Positions 51,501 through 64,000 are shown, counted from the stretch's first letter. The stretch is 64,000 bases of DNA from Raillietiella orientalis (GCA_036172245.1 JAYWIR010000047.1:248001-312000); one strand, 5' to 3'. The notes: a model not told the origin generated them from the letters alone. Translations and numbers: made by a program.

Positions 51501-54500
51501 GAACTCGGGAGCAGCGAAGTATCGCCTCGCATTCCAATTTTAGTATATGTACCGCCGAAGCATGATTCCGCGCAAGAGCTCCTCCGAACTGCTCAAGAAG
51601 CCGCTCTGCAGATCTCCGGGCCGAAAGAAGAGTGTTCTCGGGGGAGCGCCCGACAGGTCGTCTTCTCCGTTTCCGGAGATCCCGGGCCAAAATGTTGGCT
51701 CGAGCCTCCGAGGGGAACCTCCACCCCCAGCCAGACCGCTTCTTCGCAGGGTTGCTTCTCAAGGATGGCTTTTGCGAAAAAGGGGGAGCTTTGCGGCCTG
51801 AAGCCTTTCCCCCTTCTCCCTTTCGCTGCGAGTCAGAGATCCCCCGCTGCCGCAGAACGCAAGTCTTCGAGTGGTGACCGACCAGAAGGCCGGGTTGTCG
51901 GCCGCCTGGGTGCCGGAGAGGGGTTGAACGGTGATTCCGAGAACGTTCCACCGTGCGCCTCAGTTTCACTATGATAACGTCTTGGTACCACCCTCACCTT
52001 TGGCAACAGCTGATCTGAAATCGGTACGGCCGCGGAAACGCGATGGCGGAGATCTGTTAATGAGCCACCGGAACTCACGAAAAGCACGCGTGTGGGAGTA
52101 AAGGCGCTCAAGTCAGCTTCGGGCGACCATCTCATGGCAACCTACCTCGGGTTTTTAGCGCCTCGCTCGCCTCGAGGAATGATGACAGGGCTCATGAGGG
52201 CTTCGTCAGGAAAAGGAAATTCCACGATTCGTCAACACCGGGTTTTTCCTTTCCTTTTTGGTTCTCCAAGTACTGAAGAAGACCGTCCACCTGAGGGCTC
52301 ACGGAGCTTTTTGGCACCGTCCTGCACCATCCGAGGGTGCGTGTGGTAACTCTTCAGATCAGGGGAGTAACCCAGGAGGGGGCCACCCCGAATGAATCCA
52401 GGAAGGAAACGCACGGCAGGGAACCACCTCTTCCTTATTCTCTCTCGAGGGATCCAACGGAGGGAAGGATCACTCCTCTCTTCCTTCTCTCCGGAAGGAA
52501 CTCGGAAAGGACCCGCTCCTGGAATTTCTTCTCCGGTGGGAGGGAACCCCAAGGGAAATGGTCTTCGTTACTCCTCCTCCGAAGAGAACCCCGAAGGACG
52601 CTCCCCAATTTCTCCAAAGGGGCTCCCCGAAGGGAGCAGCGCGCTTCTTGACACTCTGGAGAGGTATCGATCCATAAGCTTCATAGTGCGAGATGAAGGG
52701 TCCCTCCCCCCGAGGGGTGAATGGGCGGCTCCCTTTTCACAACCGAAGGGGAACCTCAGAGGAAACTGGCGCTCTTTGATTCCTGTAAGAATCCAGGAAG
52801 GTCAACTTCCAATTTCGGCCACTCATCTGGGTCAGCGGGAGGCTTCGCGGCTTCCACCAGTGACGCCGCACCCGAAGCCTTCAGGCCAACCAGCGTCAGC
52901 TTGCGGCAGCAGCTCGAACCCCACGACGCACCTCCCTTTCTTGGAGTCGGTGCTTCTCTGGGGGGATTTGCACCCGCGGCGCTAGGTATGGCTCGTACGG
53001 AGACCGCAGCCACACTCAGGCTTCCAGAGCTATCCATTGTGACGAACGGATAATCAGCACATGTTATCAGAGTGGTCCTTTCGAGATTCCTCTGCTTACG
53101 TTTTGGGGTGGAGTCAGATCTATTTCCAGCGAGTTTCGATTCAAGTTTCGGGTGGTAAGCCACTGAAAAGCGTACCTCCTGAAGCTAGGACCTTGGCAAG
53201 AAAAATAGGGCGCAGTGCATGAGGCAAGGGAAGAGCGACGAGAAGGCGTCGGTTTCCAGCAACTCACTTCACGTGAACACATAGGGAGGGTCACGAAGGG
53301 GAATTTCCGTTTCAGCTGCCTGCTTCAAGGGATTTGTTTCCCTCCCCCCCGTTCTCCAGACGCACCCCTGAAGCGATCTTGCTCCTCCTTTCCCGACAGT
53401 CCTTGCAGCCTTGGGAGAATACCAATACGACCTTTTTGTTGGTCGAGATCTGGCTCCTTGGTTTGTTCCCTGAGTCAAATTACGCCGGGACACGGTCCGG
53501 TGCGGCACGTCCGCAAGGAATTCCCAGCGTCTTTCCATGAATCCCGAGAGCAGATTCCCTCTCGCTGCTTGCGCGGTTCCCTGCTGGAATTCTGAAGGGT
53601 CCCTTTGTCACTTGCGCTGAGGTTCTGCATCCTGCATCTCGGATGGCGCGGAGAATCTTCTAGGGTCGCGTAACCGAGGGAAGGTCTTCACCCCGCCGGC
53701 GGTTCTCCTCCTGCCCACTCTGACCTTGAACCTCGTTTCAAGATCGTTTTTCGCAAAGGGGCCTCTCCGTTGCGATTCCTGAGGGTTCCTCCCCGTGCAG
53801 CAGCGCGCAGCTGTTATGTCAGAGAGTACCTCAGACGACCCGCAGGCAGCAGGTCGTTTCGGACCTAAGCGGTGCAGACGCCCGGCCGCTGTTGCCAAGC
53901 AGCCAGTCTGTGTGAGTTCCTCCACGAAAAGTGAAGCCCTCTTGCGGTTCACAATGCTGAATGCGCCCAACGTGTCCATTGGGAGGCACGCCGTGCATCT
54001 CTCGGACCCGTGCAGACCAACTGATCTCACCGCGGGCCTGCCTTCGGAACCCGCGGGATCTTTGAAGCTCTTTGCTACGCGACTCCCAGGGCGCCTGCCG
54101 CTGTGATGACGCCGCGATTCGGAACGGGTCACAGCATTCCTCTGTGCCCGCGACTGCCACCGGATGCACGATCCGGGTCCTCTCTACATCCCGATGCACG
54201 TGCTGTCCGACGTTCCCTCGACAGTCCCGCTGCAAAGATCACGAGAGACGGGAGGACAGAAAAAGCGCCAGGTCCCTTCGGAACGGGAGACCGGGAGGCA
54301 GCGACGGTCTTTCGCCGGATCTCTCGGCCTTCTGCGCGAACTCGCGCGACGGAAAGAGGAAGAACGAGGGTGATGCCACCGTTGCCAGGCGACCGTCCTG
54401 CAACCGCCCGCGGCGCTGCGCCGGCTGCTGCGCGCGACGAACGAAACGGTGTATCTCACCCGTGTGGATGTAGGTGTGCTTCTTCATGTCAGATTTTTGG

Positions 54501-55725
54501 TGAAACCGCTTACCACAGTACTGGCAGGGATACGGCCTCGTGTCGGAGTGGATCAGCAGGTGGGTCGACAGGGTGGACGAGCGCTTGAATGTCTTCCCGC
54601 ACTGCTTGCAGTCGAAGGCCTTCTCGGCGGTGTGGCGAGACCTGCAGGACCACGCGTGTGCACAGACAGAAAGACAGAGATACGCGGGCTGGGAGCGTTC
54701 GCAAGCACACACCACATCCGCTTTCTCTCCAAGCACCTGTCGCCAAGGTGAACGCGTCGCCGCCGCGTGAGGAACGACCGTTCTTTCCGCCTCCTGCCGC
54801 CAGGGGGGAGGGGGGAGAGAACGGCTGCTAGAAGGCGGCGGTTTTTACTCGAATGCGTCGAAGAGATCATGCGGATCGTAAGCTTAAGCGCGTATGGGCG
54901 AAGTGGTCGCTGCAAGCAATCGCGACCGGACCGTCCCCGGAACCGGAGCGAGGCTTTGCCGATCGGCGGGTCGATCGGAGAACCCCGAATTCCCCTGGCC
55001 GTATCGCTCGCGCCCTCTGGGCGTCTCGAATCGCCGGCGGCGGCTTCATCTTTCCGCGGACGCCAACTCTCACGACCTGGAAGCGCTGAGGAAACCAAGA
55101 AACGATACTTATGCTGAATCAGGCCGATCTTGTGTCCGAAGCTCTCGCTGCAGAGATCACAGGCGTACGACTTCTTCCCGCTCGGCGTCCTGCCGGGATG
55201 GACCTCCAGCGCTTGAGATGGAGCGAATATCTTCGCTCGCGAGAAGGCCTGGATGAGAGCGTGCGTTCTTCCTCGGACCGCGTATTCCTACCTCGGGCAG
55301 GTGCCTTTTGGGATCCAGGAAGTTCGCTTCCTTGATCTGTGAGAGGATGGACGAAGAAGACAGAGGGATCGGGAAGAAGGAAGGGTTGCTCTGGGCGTGG
55401 AGATCCACGGCATGCTGGGTTTTCTCCAGCTCAGCCCTCAGGCAGTAGGAGAAGCCCGGAAAGATGGACCGCAGAGGAGACAGGAAGTGGATCTGCTCCC
55501 TGAGGCCACCCTTCTCCTCGGCGAGCCTCGGCTGCTTTTCCGGTCCGAGGATGGACCCGAAGAAGATGCTTTCCGGGGAGCCGGGGTTCGGTTGCCTCTC
55601 CCGCTTGGGGGGCGAAGCGTCCGGCTCCTTTGAGAAACCCAGCCCGGGCGGGTGCAACTGCCTGCCCGTCAGCTCGAACACAGAGGACGCCCGTATCTGC
55701 TTTCCTGTCGCTTCCCTCTGGGCAT
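48525..55725 (-). CDS. Gfi1: Gfi1/senseless/PAG-3 family C2H2 zinc-finger transcription factor; upstream exon(s) not resolved
   Basis: Exons 55725-55292, 55248-55109, 54641-54460 and 48757-48525 join in phase (GT-AG introns of 43, 467 and 5702 nt). They encode the diagnostic [50 protein letters not shown]...[19 protein letters not shown]...[15 protein letters not shown]. The first listed exon starts at a strong phase-1 acceptor, so at least one more exon lies upstream. Confidence 0.93.
52240..53030 (-). mobile_element. tRNA-headed SINE-like copy S6 (full length, in the Gfi1 intron)
   Basis: Tail GGTTCTCCAAGTACTGAAGAA (+), internal CTCCGGAAGG repeats, degenerate head at 52952-53030. Confidence 0.8.
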
Positions 55726-56254
55726 CTGCGAAAAGAAAAGATCAAGGTTTAGCTTCTGGAGAGGGGGAGAGGGCCAGGAAGCCACGCCGCCTGCCCCATC
55801 CCTCCGGAAACGCGGGAGTTCGGTATCCCTTCCCCCGGGACAGCGGCAGTGGCACGACGCTTCCGTCGCGTTTTCCTGCGTTGCTATGCGGCGGGTGGCG
55901 CGATGCGATGCGTGCACGCAGCTTTGTCGCCCCCGGGATGCGATGGGGGATAGGAGGCAGGTTGTTGGGAGTTGCCGATTTGCCCCCAAGCGGCACTGCA
56001 AGAGATGCTTCGTTTCGATAGGTGTTGCCAGCGCCGGCTGGGACCACGGAAGAGCGGGAAGGTGGGGAGGCTCCCACCATCTTCAGGCGCGCTTCGGAGC
56101 AGCAGCAGCAGTTCGCTGTCGACGAGGGGCCGACGGGCGATCCCGAAGCCAGGGGACCTCTGCTCCCGATAAGAGACAAGAAAGGGAGAGTAATTGGAAT
56201 CTGGAGCGCCCTTCTTCCAGATCTGGCGTCGGTTTCCCGTCATCCTTCCTGGTA

Positions 56255-56690
56255 TCCATGGGGACCAACCCATGAATCAGGAAGGGCTCCATTCCTCTCA
56301 CGCTTGGGAGAAAACCCCGAAAGGAATCACCTCTTCCTCATTCTCACTGGTGGGGTATACTGCTCCATAGTACGCGACGGAGGGTCCTTCCCTAAAGGGA
56401 GGAACAGTCCCATTTTCGTAGCCGTAGGGGAACCCCGAAGGAATTCTTGATTCCCGGAAGAACCAAGGAAGGTTCACTTTCAATCCTGGCTACCCGACGG
56501 GGGCATCCGGCTTCCACCATTGCCGCATCCAAATGGGTTAACCAGCTTCATCTTGCAGGGGTAAGGACTCGAAACTCACACGACTCCCCTACTATTTTCA
56601 GCGTCCCCCATTTTCGTCGTCCTGGGAATTCGAACCCGCGACACGGTGCCAACACGGGCAAAGGTTTTTGCCCCCATTCGCTGGCGAGCG
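56255..56690 (-). mobile_element. tRNA-headed SINE-like copy S7 (internally deleted, tail missing)
   Basis: GGGTTCGAATTCCC B box at about 56624-56638; body colinear but lacking most internal repeat units. Confidence 0.75.
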
Positions 56691-59600
56691 CGCCACCCAG
56701 CTCCATTTTCTATTCTGCTGAGTAGATCAGGGAACAGAGCCACTTTCGCTCCGTCCGCTTCCTGACTCCCCTATTGCGGGCTGCTCTTCGTGCCTCCGAG
56801 GTGGCAAAGACTGCCCCGCGGGTTTTGGCGGAGGCAGAGCGAGCCTCTATGGGGGAACTGCGCGCGCTCTCGGGTTCGCCTTTCTCTCGTCTTCCACCGC
56901 CGCCGTGCCACCTCCGGGACGATGGTCCTTCCTTCCCTCACCCACGCCGCCCTTCACTGGGGCTCCCACTCTCCTCCGAGTTGCGCTGGGGTTCCGAGTT
57001 GCCGGCCCGTCCCTCTGGTGTCCTGGGAAACTCTCCTCTTCACTCCCGTCTCGCCAGCCTCCCCGATCTTTGCCTACTCCCGAACCTGACCCGCTGAGAC
57101 CTTTCCTTCGACCCAAAGATTGCGATTTCTGGGAGAGATCCTGGCACCTGCTGGATGGAACCTCAGCACGGATGGCATGCGTCCTCTTTCGCTGTCGACA
57201 AGGGAACGGCGGCCCCGAGGTTAGCTTCCCCCCCTCTTTCGCTACTTTTCGAGCACCCCGTGAGGGTGGGTCCGCTCAGAACGTCTCCTGGCCTCATCCT
57301 CTCGCGGAGTGGGCCACTGCTCCCGGAGTCCCAAGGTCAGGCGCCGCTCCGACGGAATCCTTCCTTGTTCCTCGGATCGCGTGTCCTACTCAGGGAGAAA
57401 TCTTTCTTCCCGCGCGAACCACCGCCGCTCACCTAGGGTCTGCCCCGAGACGCCTCCCTCCCCGAGCTCGCAAGAGGTCAACTGTCCCCCTGGTCGATCC
57501 ACAGAGATGTCGAATCCCGCGCGACCGGCACGCAGACTTGCTGGCTTGTTCGGGAAGAGCGCCTTCTCCTCCTCCCCCGTCTCGCCCGCTCCATCGGGAC
57601 CTTTCCGAGGGGTTCTTCGATCTCTCACCCCCTCCGCAGTAGGGCGGCGACGCGAGGGCGGTTCCCCTGCAGCCGTGGAAAATCATCATCCGTCCAGCCT
57701 CTGCGACGATTGTTTCTTCCTCCGCTGTCCCTAGGGAGCTTTCCCCAATATCCCCCTCCCGCGTTTCATCTCGTTCGAGCACTCGGCCGGGAAGCAGGGC
57801 GGATTGATCCTAGCCACGGGCCGCTGTCGGAGGAAATCTTTGTTCCGGGGGGGGATCATCTCGCGGAAGCTGCTCCCGCTCAGCCCTTCGCTCCCGCCCC
57901 CCGGCTGCACCGCGTCCCGGCCCAAATCTCGGATAACGCCGGTGCGGGTGTTCCCGGGAATTCTGACTGCCGCCGCCGGGTCGGATTGCCCTCGGGGAGT
58001 CCTCCCTGAGACCGCAGTTCTCCTTTTCCGGGTGGGCGAGCCGCACTTCTAGCGGAGCGCCTTCCCCGGAAGCGCAGAGGCGCACGGAGAGCCTTCGGTT
58101 CCCCCGTTCCGCGCCACCCATCCACACCATCGATCCCCAGCAACCTGCCCGTACCTCCCGGATCGTCTCCCGCGGATCTTGGCCGACCTGTTTCAGAATG
58201 AGTTCCGGGCGCTAAAGACACGCAGATCTACCTTGTGGAAGTTCTTCCGGAGATGCACAGGTGGGATGCTTGGGAGGAAAGTACCTGCCTAATGATACGC
58301 GCCTTAGGCCAGACCGAGCCCGGGAAGGGAACGCCTTCTCCTCGTGGGGTTGCAGGGAGGATGGGACGCGCGCGCGCAGGAGCAAGGAGAGCGTTCCGGA
58401 GCACGTCCTCGACCGCCGCGTGCGCGGGCATCTCCGGCTCACTGAGGAGGCAGCACAGGGAATGCGCCGGAACGGCAGACTGCGAGAACCGGAGCGAACG
58501 CGGGGTCACCCGTCGACCTCGGTGACGACCTCGCCATCAGGCAGGGCAGGAGTCGGGACAGCGGCACCGAAAGAAGTGCGACCAAGGAAGCAGCCTGAGA
58601 GCAGCTCCTCTTCCACGACGGGAAAGGGTACTGGCTACAGGGAGACCACCAGCGCGACAGAGGAGGTACCTTACCCGGCATCCCAAGATGACGCGCGAAG
58701 GAAGGGGAGGAGGAGAATGGCGGCAGGGAACTTGTAAAGGTGACCCTTCCGGACGCCGGAGACCTCGAGGGAAAGTCTATGGGAAGGTCACACCGGAAAC
58801 CAGAGGACGACCCGGTGGGGGAGAGAAGAGCCGAGCGGCCGAGGTCACTTTGACTTGAGATGGAGAGGCGCGCTTTTCTCCGCCTCCCCTTCCCATGGAT
58901 CCGACCGCTGGATGAGGCGCGCCGAGGAACCGAAGCGTGGGCTTTCTCTTGGTTTCAGCCCGCTCGCTGCGGAGCTTCCCTTTCCCCCCCTCCCTTTCCG
59001 TTCGAGAGCCCCTCAGGAAGTTCCTTCGGGCGCCCGCACGCAGCCCTCTCTGCCCACTCGACAAGAAGCGAGCGGGCCTGGTGAAAAGCAGTCCGAAGGG
59101 CGACAAGCCAGGATCGAAAAGGCGCCCGGTTTTTGGAGACGTTTCGAGTTTATCATCATCATCATCCTTCTCATTAGGCCAATTTGTGCGAGAACCCTGA
59201 TGGAAACCGCGGTAGCGCTCTTTCTCGTTCTCTCTAACTTCACAGTTCACGGGGCTCTTGTGCCAGACACAAATTTTGTTCTTCTGTTCAAGAAAGCGGA
59301 CCAACGTTCTTCCCTCTTCGATGTGGTCCAGAAGTCTTTCTCTTTACATTGCATGGTCTTCCTCCCTGACGCTTCCGTCAATGTCAAAAGTGTCGTTCGA
59401 TTTCCTCTGAAAGCTGATCGACTGCAACAGTTTCTGTGGAATGCTTTCTGCAGCTTCGAAAGAGCACAGAGTGGCAGAGTGGTCTCTGGAAGCATCGAGC
59501 GCTTCTTCACGTCCTCCTCTCCCGTTCTTGCCATTCCTGCTTCAAGGCTGGCATCGAACGGCAATCAAAGAGAGGCAAAGAGTGGTTCCCTTGCAGTCTA

Positions 59601-62600
59601 CGGATGCTGCAAGAGAATGTAGTCTTTGTCCATGCCACGACGGCATACTTGGCGCAGTGTGCGCTGCCGAGGCGATGGTAAGGTAAGACCTCTTAGGTCG
59701 GGCTGACCCTTGGTTGGTTCCGCTTGAAATGACGATTCCCTTGATTTTTTTCCAAATGATTTCTCCATTGACTCTGATTGGTTCGTTCCGGACAAAGCAG
59801 CCGGGCGCCCCATGCGCAGTCAGCAGTGACAGACTACATCAGGAAAGGACGGGCGAGCTGACGATTCCAGAACCCCCATCTGTGCCAAATAAGATAAATG
59901 TGTTGACCGACGGAAGATTGCTCTTGCACTTTGCGCCCACTCTGTGTGCACACCGTTCCAGCAAGCCTGGAAACTGGGAAAGAGGCTGTCAGGGTGAACC
60001 GGGTTGAGGCCGAGTGAGGCGTCCTAATGAGAAAATTAGTGACAAAAATCGAGAGAGCTGAGGATCAAAAGGTGGAGGAGGGAGTAAAACGGGAGGTCAG
60101 GAATCGGAGTAATGCAAACCAATACGCGTGACCTCGTCTTTGCCGTCACGAATAAGAAAACGCAGGGTGATATAAGGATTCGGAAAGCATCCCTCAGACT
60201 TCCTATATAGAGTAGGTCAGTTCGACAGAGCACGGATAGATGGCACGCCCGTCGAGAAATTCGTCTCCCTTGGTCGCTGGCTAGTCTTACGGGAAGAGCC
60301 CAGCCGCTTGCCGATGATTTGCTTTTCCGTACAAGGAGCGACCCAGCAAAGGGGTCACAGACAGATGTGCGAAGACGTGCGAAGTGATCGCGACCCTTCA
60401 GCGTGCAAGCCCTTTAACGAAGCATCACTTTCCTTCCGTCTCCTGTTTGCCATGGAAAACGCGTCAAACGGAACTTTTCGCCAAAGATTCACGTGGTGAG
60501 ATGCAACTAAAGAACCTGTGAAGCATGGAGTTGGTAAGCGGCCGCAACCATTCCAAGATAGATTCTGCCAAAAGCCCCCGATGAAAGATCTGCAAGAACT
60601 GCTGAGGGAGGCTTCGTACGGCAGGAGGTCATGGGAAACATGGCCGAAAAGATAACTCAAGTGAGTTACAAGGGAAACGAAGAGAAAGAGGGAGGGAGGA
60701 TGGTTTCTGAGTCCAAGCAGCAAACAGTGGAGACGGCAACGAAATGAGCACCAGTCCACAACAGCCACACGTGCAGAAGACCGAGTTCTGCGTCATCATC
60801 AAGGCACGTCTGGTTTTGTTGGCGAAGTAACTCCTTGCAAGGCACACGAGCCACCGGAGTGCAGGAACAGGAGGGACCCCCCACTTTTGATGTGGATGCT
60901 TTAAATAGTTATTTACTCAACGTGCATTGCTGTCCGCGTCTTTGCTTGTGTGCCGGATGGCCTTCGCACGCATTTCACTTGAAAGCTTCCATTTCTGAGG
61001 GAAACGCTTTCAGGCATGCAACGATACTCTGGTTTCTGTTTCCCGCGTTCCCGCTCTACAGAGGAGACCTTCGTTTATCCATGCCTCGGAACTTTGTGTT
61101 TCTTCTTCCGCAAGTGCGGGTTCTTGCAGTGGGTACCAAAGATCAATCGCATGCTTGCTTGCTAGCCGTGCGATCATCTTTGGTAGCGTCGGCGTGTGTG
61201 GAAACACGCATAGAAACGGGGCTCCACTGTGGACCACACGTATCGGTAGCTGGTTCTTTTGCCATGTTAGCGTGCGGAAGAACGTGCAGAATTGGTGAGG
61301 GCGTGAACAGCCTCGGGTCTGTCCCTGAAACTACGTCATTGGGGAAGAGGACGAAGACGGTAATGCATTTTTTTTTAAAATACATATATATATAATTTAA
61401 TATCATTTATGCGAAAACTTGGATTTCAGCATCAGTGTGGATGCAATTTATTATCTGTACCGTCTCCGCAGAGCATCAGGTAGGTAATAGAATGCATCGC
61501 AGTCATGAGTCCCACAGGAGTTCTGCTCCCCAAGATGCTACCCCAGGTCTCACCAACTGAGAGCTAGGGGGAGAGGGTTCCCTAAGAGATGGCGCAAAGC
61601 ATGTTCATGTCGGTCCTCGAAATGGCACTTATTCTGGGAATGGCGCCCATCTCCCGCAAAGTCCGATGCCGCAGCGAAAGTCGCACGCTTTCATAGCCGG
61701 GAGCAAAGCAAAGGAGATCGGAAATTTCTGAGCGGTAATTCCATGTGCTTTGAACAGGAATCGAATCTTAAGCTGTTCATCCCTCCTGGATGGAAGCTTC
61801 CCAAAAGGGTCGGAGGTGCAGCCCGTGGATGCCGTGCCCGTGGTCCAAACAGCACGAGCGCGCGAGGAATCTGGGAGCCAACCTGGGAGCTAACCTGTCA
61901 CCGCTGTTGTTCGGACTGGTCCCGGTTATACGAGCAGCTAAAAGCACTCTAAAAGGGAGCGGAACATTCTCGCGATCCACAGGAGGGCAGCATGGAAACT
62001 CTCGGCGTCCCCCCAGAGGAATCCATGGCAACCGGCGAAGAGATAAGAAGTCGAAATGCGCTGGAGCGGACTTTGAGTGATTCCCCGACGCCTGGTCGCA
62101 CGTGCCGAGTCCCTCAGACTGACTTTTATCTAACAGACCGCAGCACGCGAACCATGCAGCAAGCTCCTTTGTCCTCCTCCCTCAGCATCCACACGCGTTT
62201 CGTCCTCATTGGTCTGTTGACGAAAGAGGTCGCTCTGGGAAAGCAGGGAGCGGAGGAGCGCTCCTGCAGGACCTCGAAGATCCTCCTCGGGTGTGTGGGG
62301 TGTCCCTGAACCGCATCGCAACTTGAGAGTCAGGGAATTCGTTCCCTTCTCCTATCCCGAAATCTCTCATCCTCCACAATCCAAGAAACCGGGTTTGGAC
62401 AGTTCGCTAGGTGGCGGCAGGGCGGTGGACTCGGCTTCCTTCGCCTCGACGACCTGAGTGCAAGGCCTTCAGGACACTCGTTCGGTCAGTGCGCGGCCCC
62501 CGTGTGAGGGCCCTTCGGACGGCAGTCTGAACCTGGTAAAGCTCGGAAGAGAAGAGGAAGAAGTGATCGGCACCCGGGTACCGATCGGGGAACAGGGATG

Positions 62601-64000
62601 TCGTTCTTAAGAGACGGACTGATCCCAACTCATCCTGGATTCACCCTGGAATCGCCACTTTCGCCCGAATAGACGGAGCACTCAACGCGTCCACGCGCAA
62701 GGCGCCCTCGGTGGCTATGGTTTTCTGCAGTGACCTCGAGGGGCGGGAGGCTCTCGTTCCCCGGAGCGAGTCTTCCTCTCTCCGCAGGGCTCTAGTGAGG
62801 CAGAAGCGCCGGGACTTCGGGGTCGCGCAGTTGAAGGAAGGGGGAGGGGGAGGTATGTCACGCCCTTGGAAGAGCGGAACCGAATTCCCCCCGTCCCGAA
62901 GCGCCCTCCAAACGCGCTCCGTCTCTTCGGCTTCAAAGTCCAACCAGCCGAGGCGCAGTCCCCGGTTCCCGGAAGGCTTTTGAACGAAAAACCGCGTTTG
63001 ACGGGTGGCGCTGTCGACGAGGGCGGCTGAGACAAACCACGCGGGCTCTTCCCCGCGTCGGTCGCCATGGAGAGGGACCTCGGTGGTAGGAGGCGGAACT
63101 TCCGGGTCCCGACGCAGCAAGAGGCGACCGTTCCTCCCCAGCAGCTCGTCTGGGCTGCCGGCTCACTTCGCGGACGCCCTGCGACCTTAGCCGGAGTTTC
63201 GGTTCTTCCTCTCTGTCCGGCAGATCGCTGCCCCCCGGAGCCGCTCTCCTCCTCCCTCAGAGCATCCTCGCGCGGCTGCTCAAAGATGGATGGTCCCGCT
63301 CCTCGTCCATAAATCACGCCTCCTAGGATTCTCCTCGCTAGTCGGGGAGTTGACCTTTCCCTCCTGCAGTCATTGTTGAAAAAACCCGGGACCTCTGTTG
63401 TAATGTATTGTTTCTCTCAATTACAACTGACTACGGACTTGCTAATGGGATGAGTCCCGGCTTCCCGGAGAGATGATGGTAATGAGGAACTCGCAGCCTC
63501 GCGCCGAGGACGCAATAAAGCTGGGGCCTCCCGAGCCAGGGTTTTCATTTCCGCCTCGGATTCCGCGGCAGTTAATCACCGGGAGCCCATCGCCGAGACA
63601 GATCACCATCGTGGGGACCGCGCGATGCCGGATTCCTGCCGCATACCTCACGGCGAGAGGAAGAATTTCCAATAAAAGGCGGCGAGAGCCGCCTCCCCAT
63701 TCGTCAGCGGCGCTCCGGGAACGCGCTAACGAGGGATCGTCTCCCGTGCTGGGCCTCCGACGCGGTTAGGCAAGGGAGCGTTTCGGAGAGGCCCGCGACC
63801 CGGCGGGGAAGGGTGGTTTGTAATTCTTTGACATACATTGGTGATTAACCACCGTCGAGTGGCTCCCGAGCACTTTATCCTCACTGACGAGCCCCCGTAA
63901 TGTGTCAGGTGCATGCGATCCCGTGATAAAAGCTCCCGTCAAACGTGCAAATGACGGTGTTCTCCGCTTAATGCGCTCCTGGAGGAGAGTCTGCATGTCA

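Larger units (their letters stand above)
50563..57298. repeat. 92-bp direct repeat (50563-50654 and 57207-57298)
   Basis: Manual alignment: 5 mismatches, no indels, 47-nt exact core. Confidence 0.9.

Noticed and set aside
55669..55725. ATG CCC AGA (MPR) as a SNAG start of Gfi1
   Set aside because: Out of frame with the finger ORF, stops after 18 aa and lacks FLV; it coincides with a splice acceptor.

Overview
Eukaryotic DNA from an invertebrate animal (probably an arthropod, an inference) with very short introns, mostly 42-97 nt. Three genes were reconstructed exon by exon: a SMYD3-like SET/MYND gene (minus strand, 1387 to beyond the left edge, AT-rich), a complete POMT1 (plus, about 8726-11784, GC-rich) and a Gfi1/senseless C2H2 zinc-finger gene (minus, 55725-48525, 5' exons unresolved, first finger degenerate). 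Most of the rest is decayed mobile DNA. There are eight 5'-truncated copies of an L1/Tx1-like LINE family; six end in a shared CCGG-loop-CCGG stem-loop with almost no poly(A), and four have target-site duplications (TSDs). There are seven copies of a long SINE-like family (about 750 bp) with a double tRNA-like head and an internal tandem repeat of about 42 bp. Three LINE insertions are nested in other elements. Remnants of an R2/NeSL-type element and possibly a Gypsy integrase are also present, plus a 188-bp inverted repeat and a 92-bp direct repeat. Nearly all long ORFs in the GC-rich part are shadow or TE frames. All alignments were done by eye; no database searches were run.
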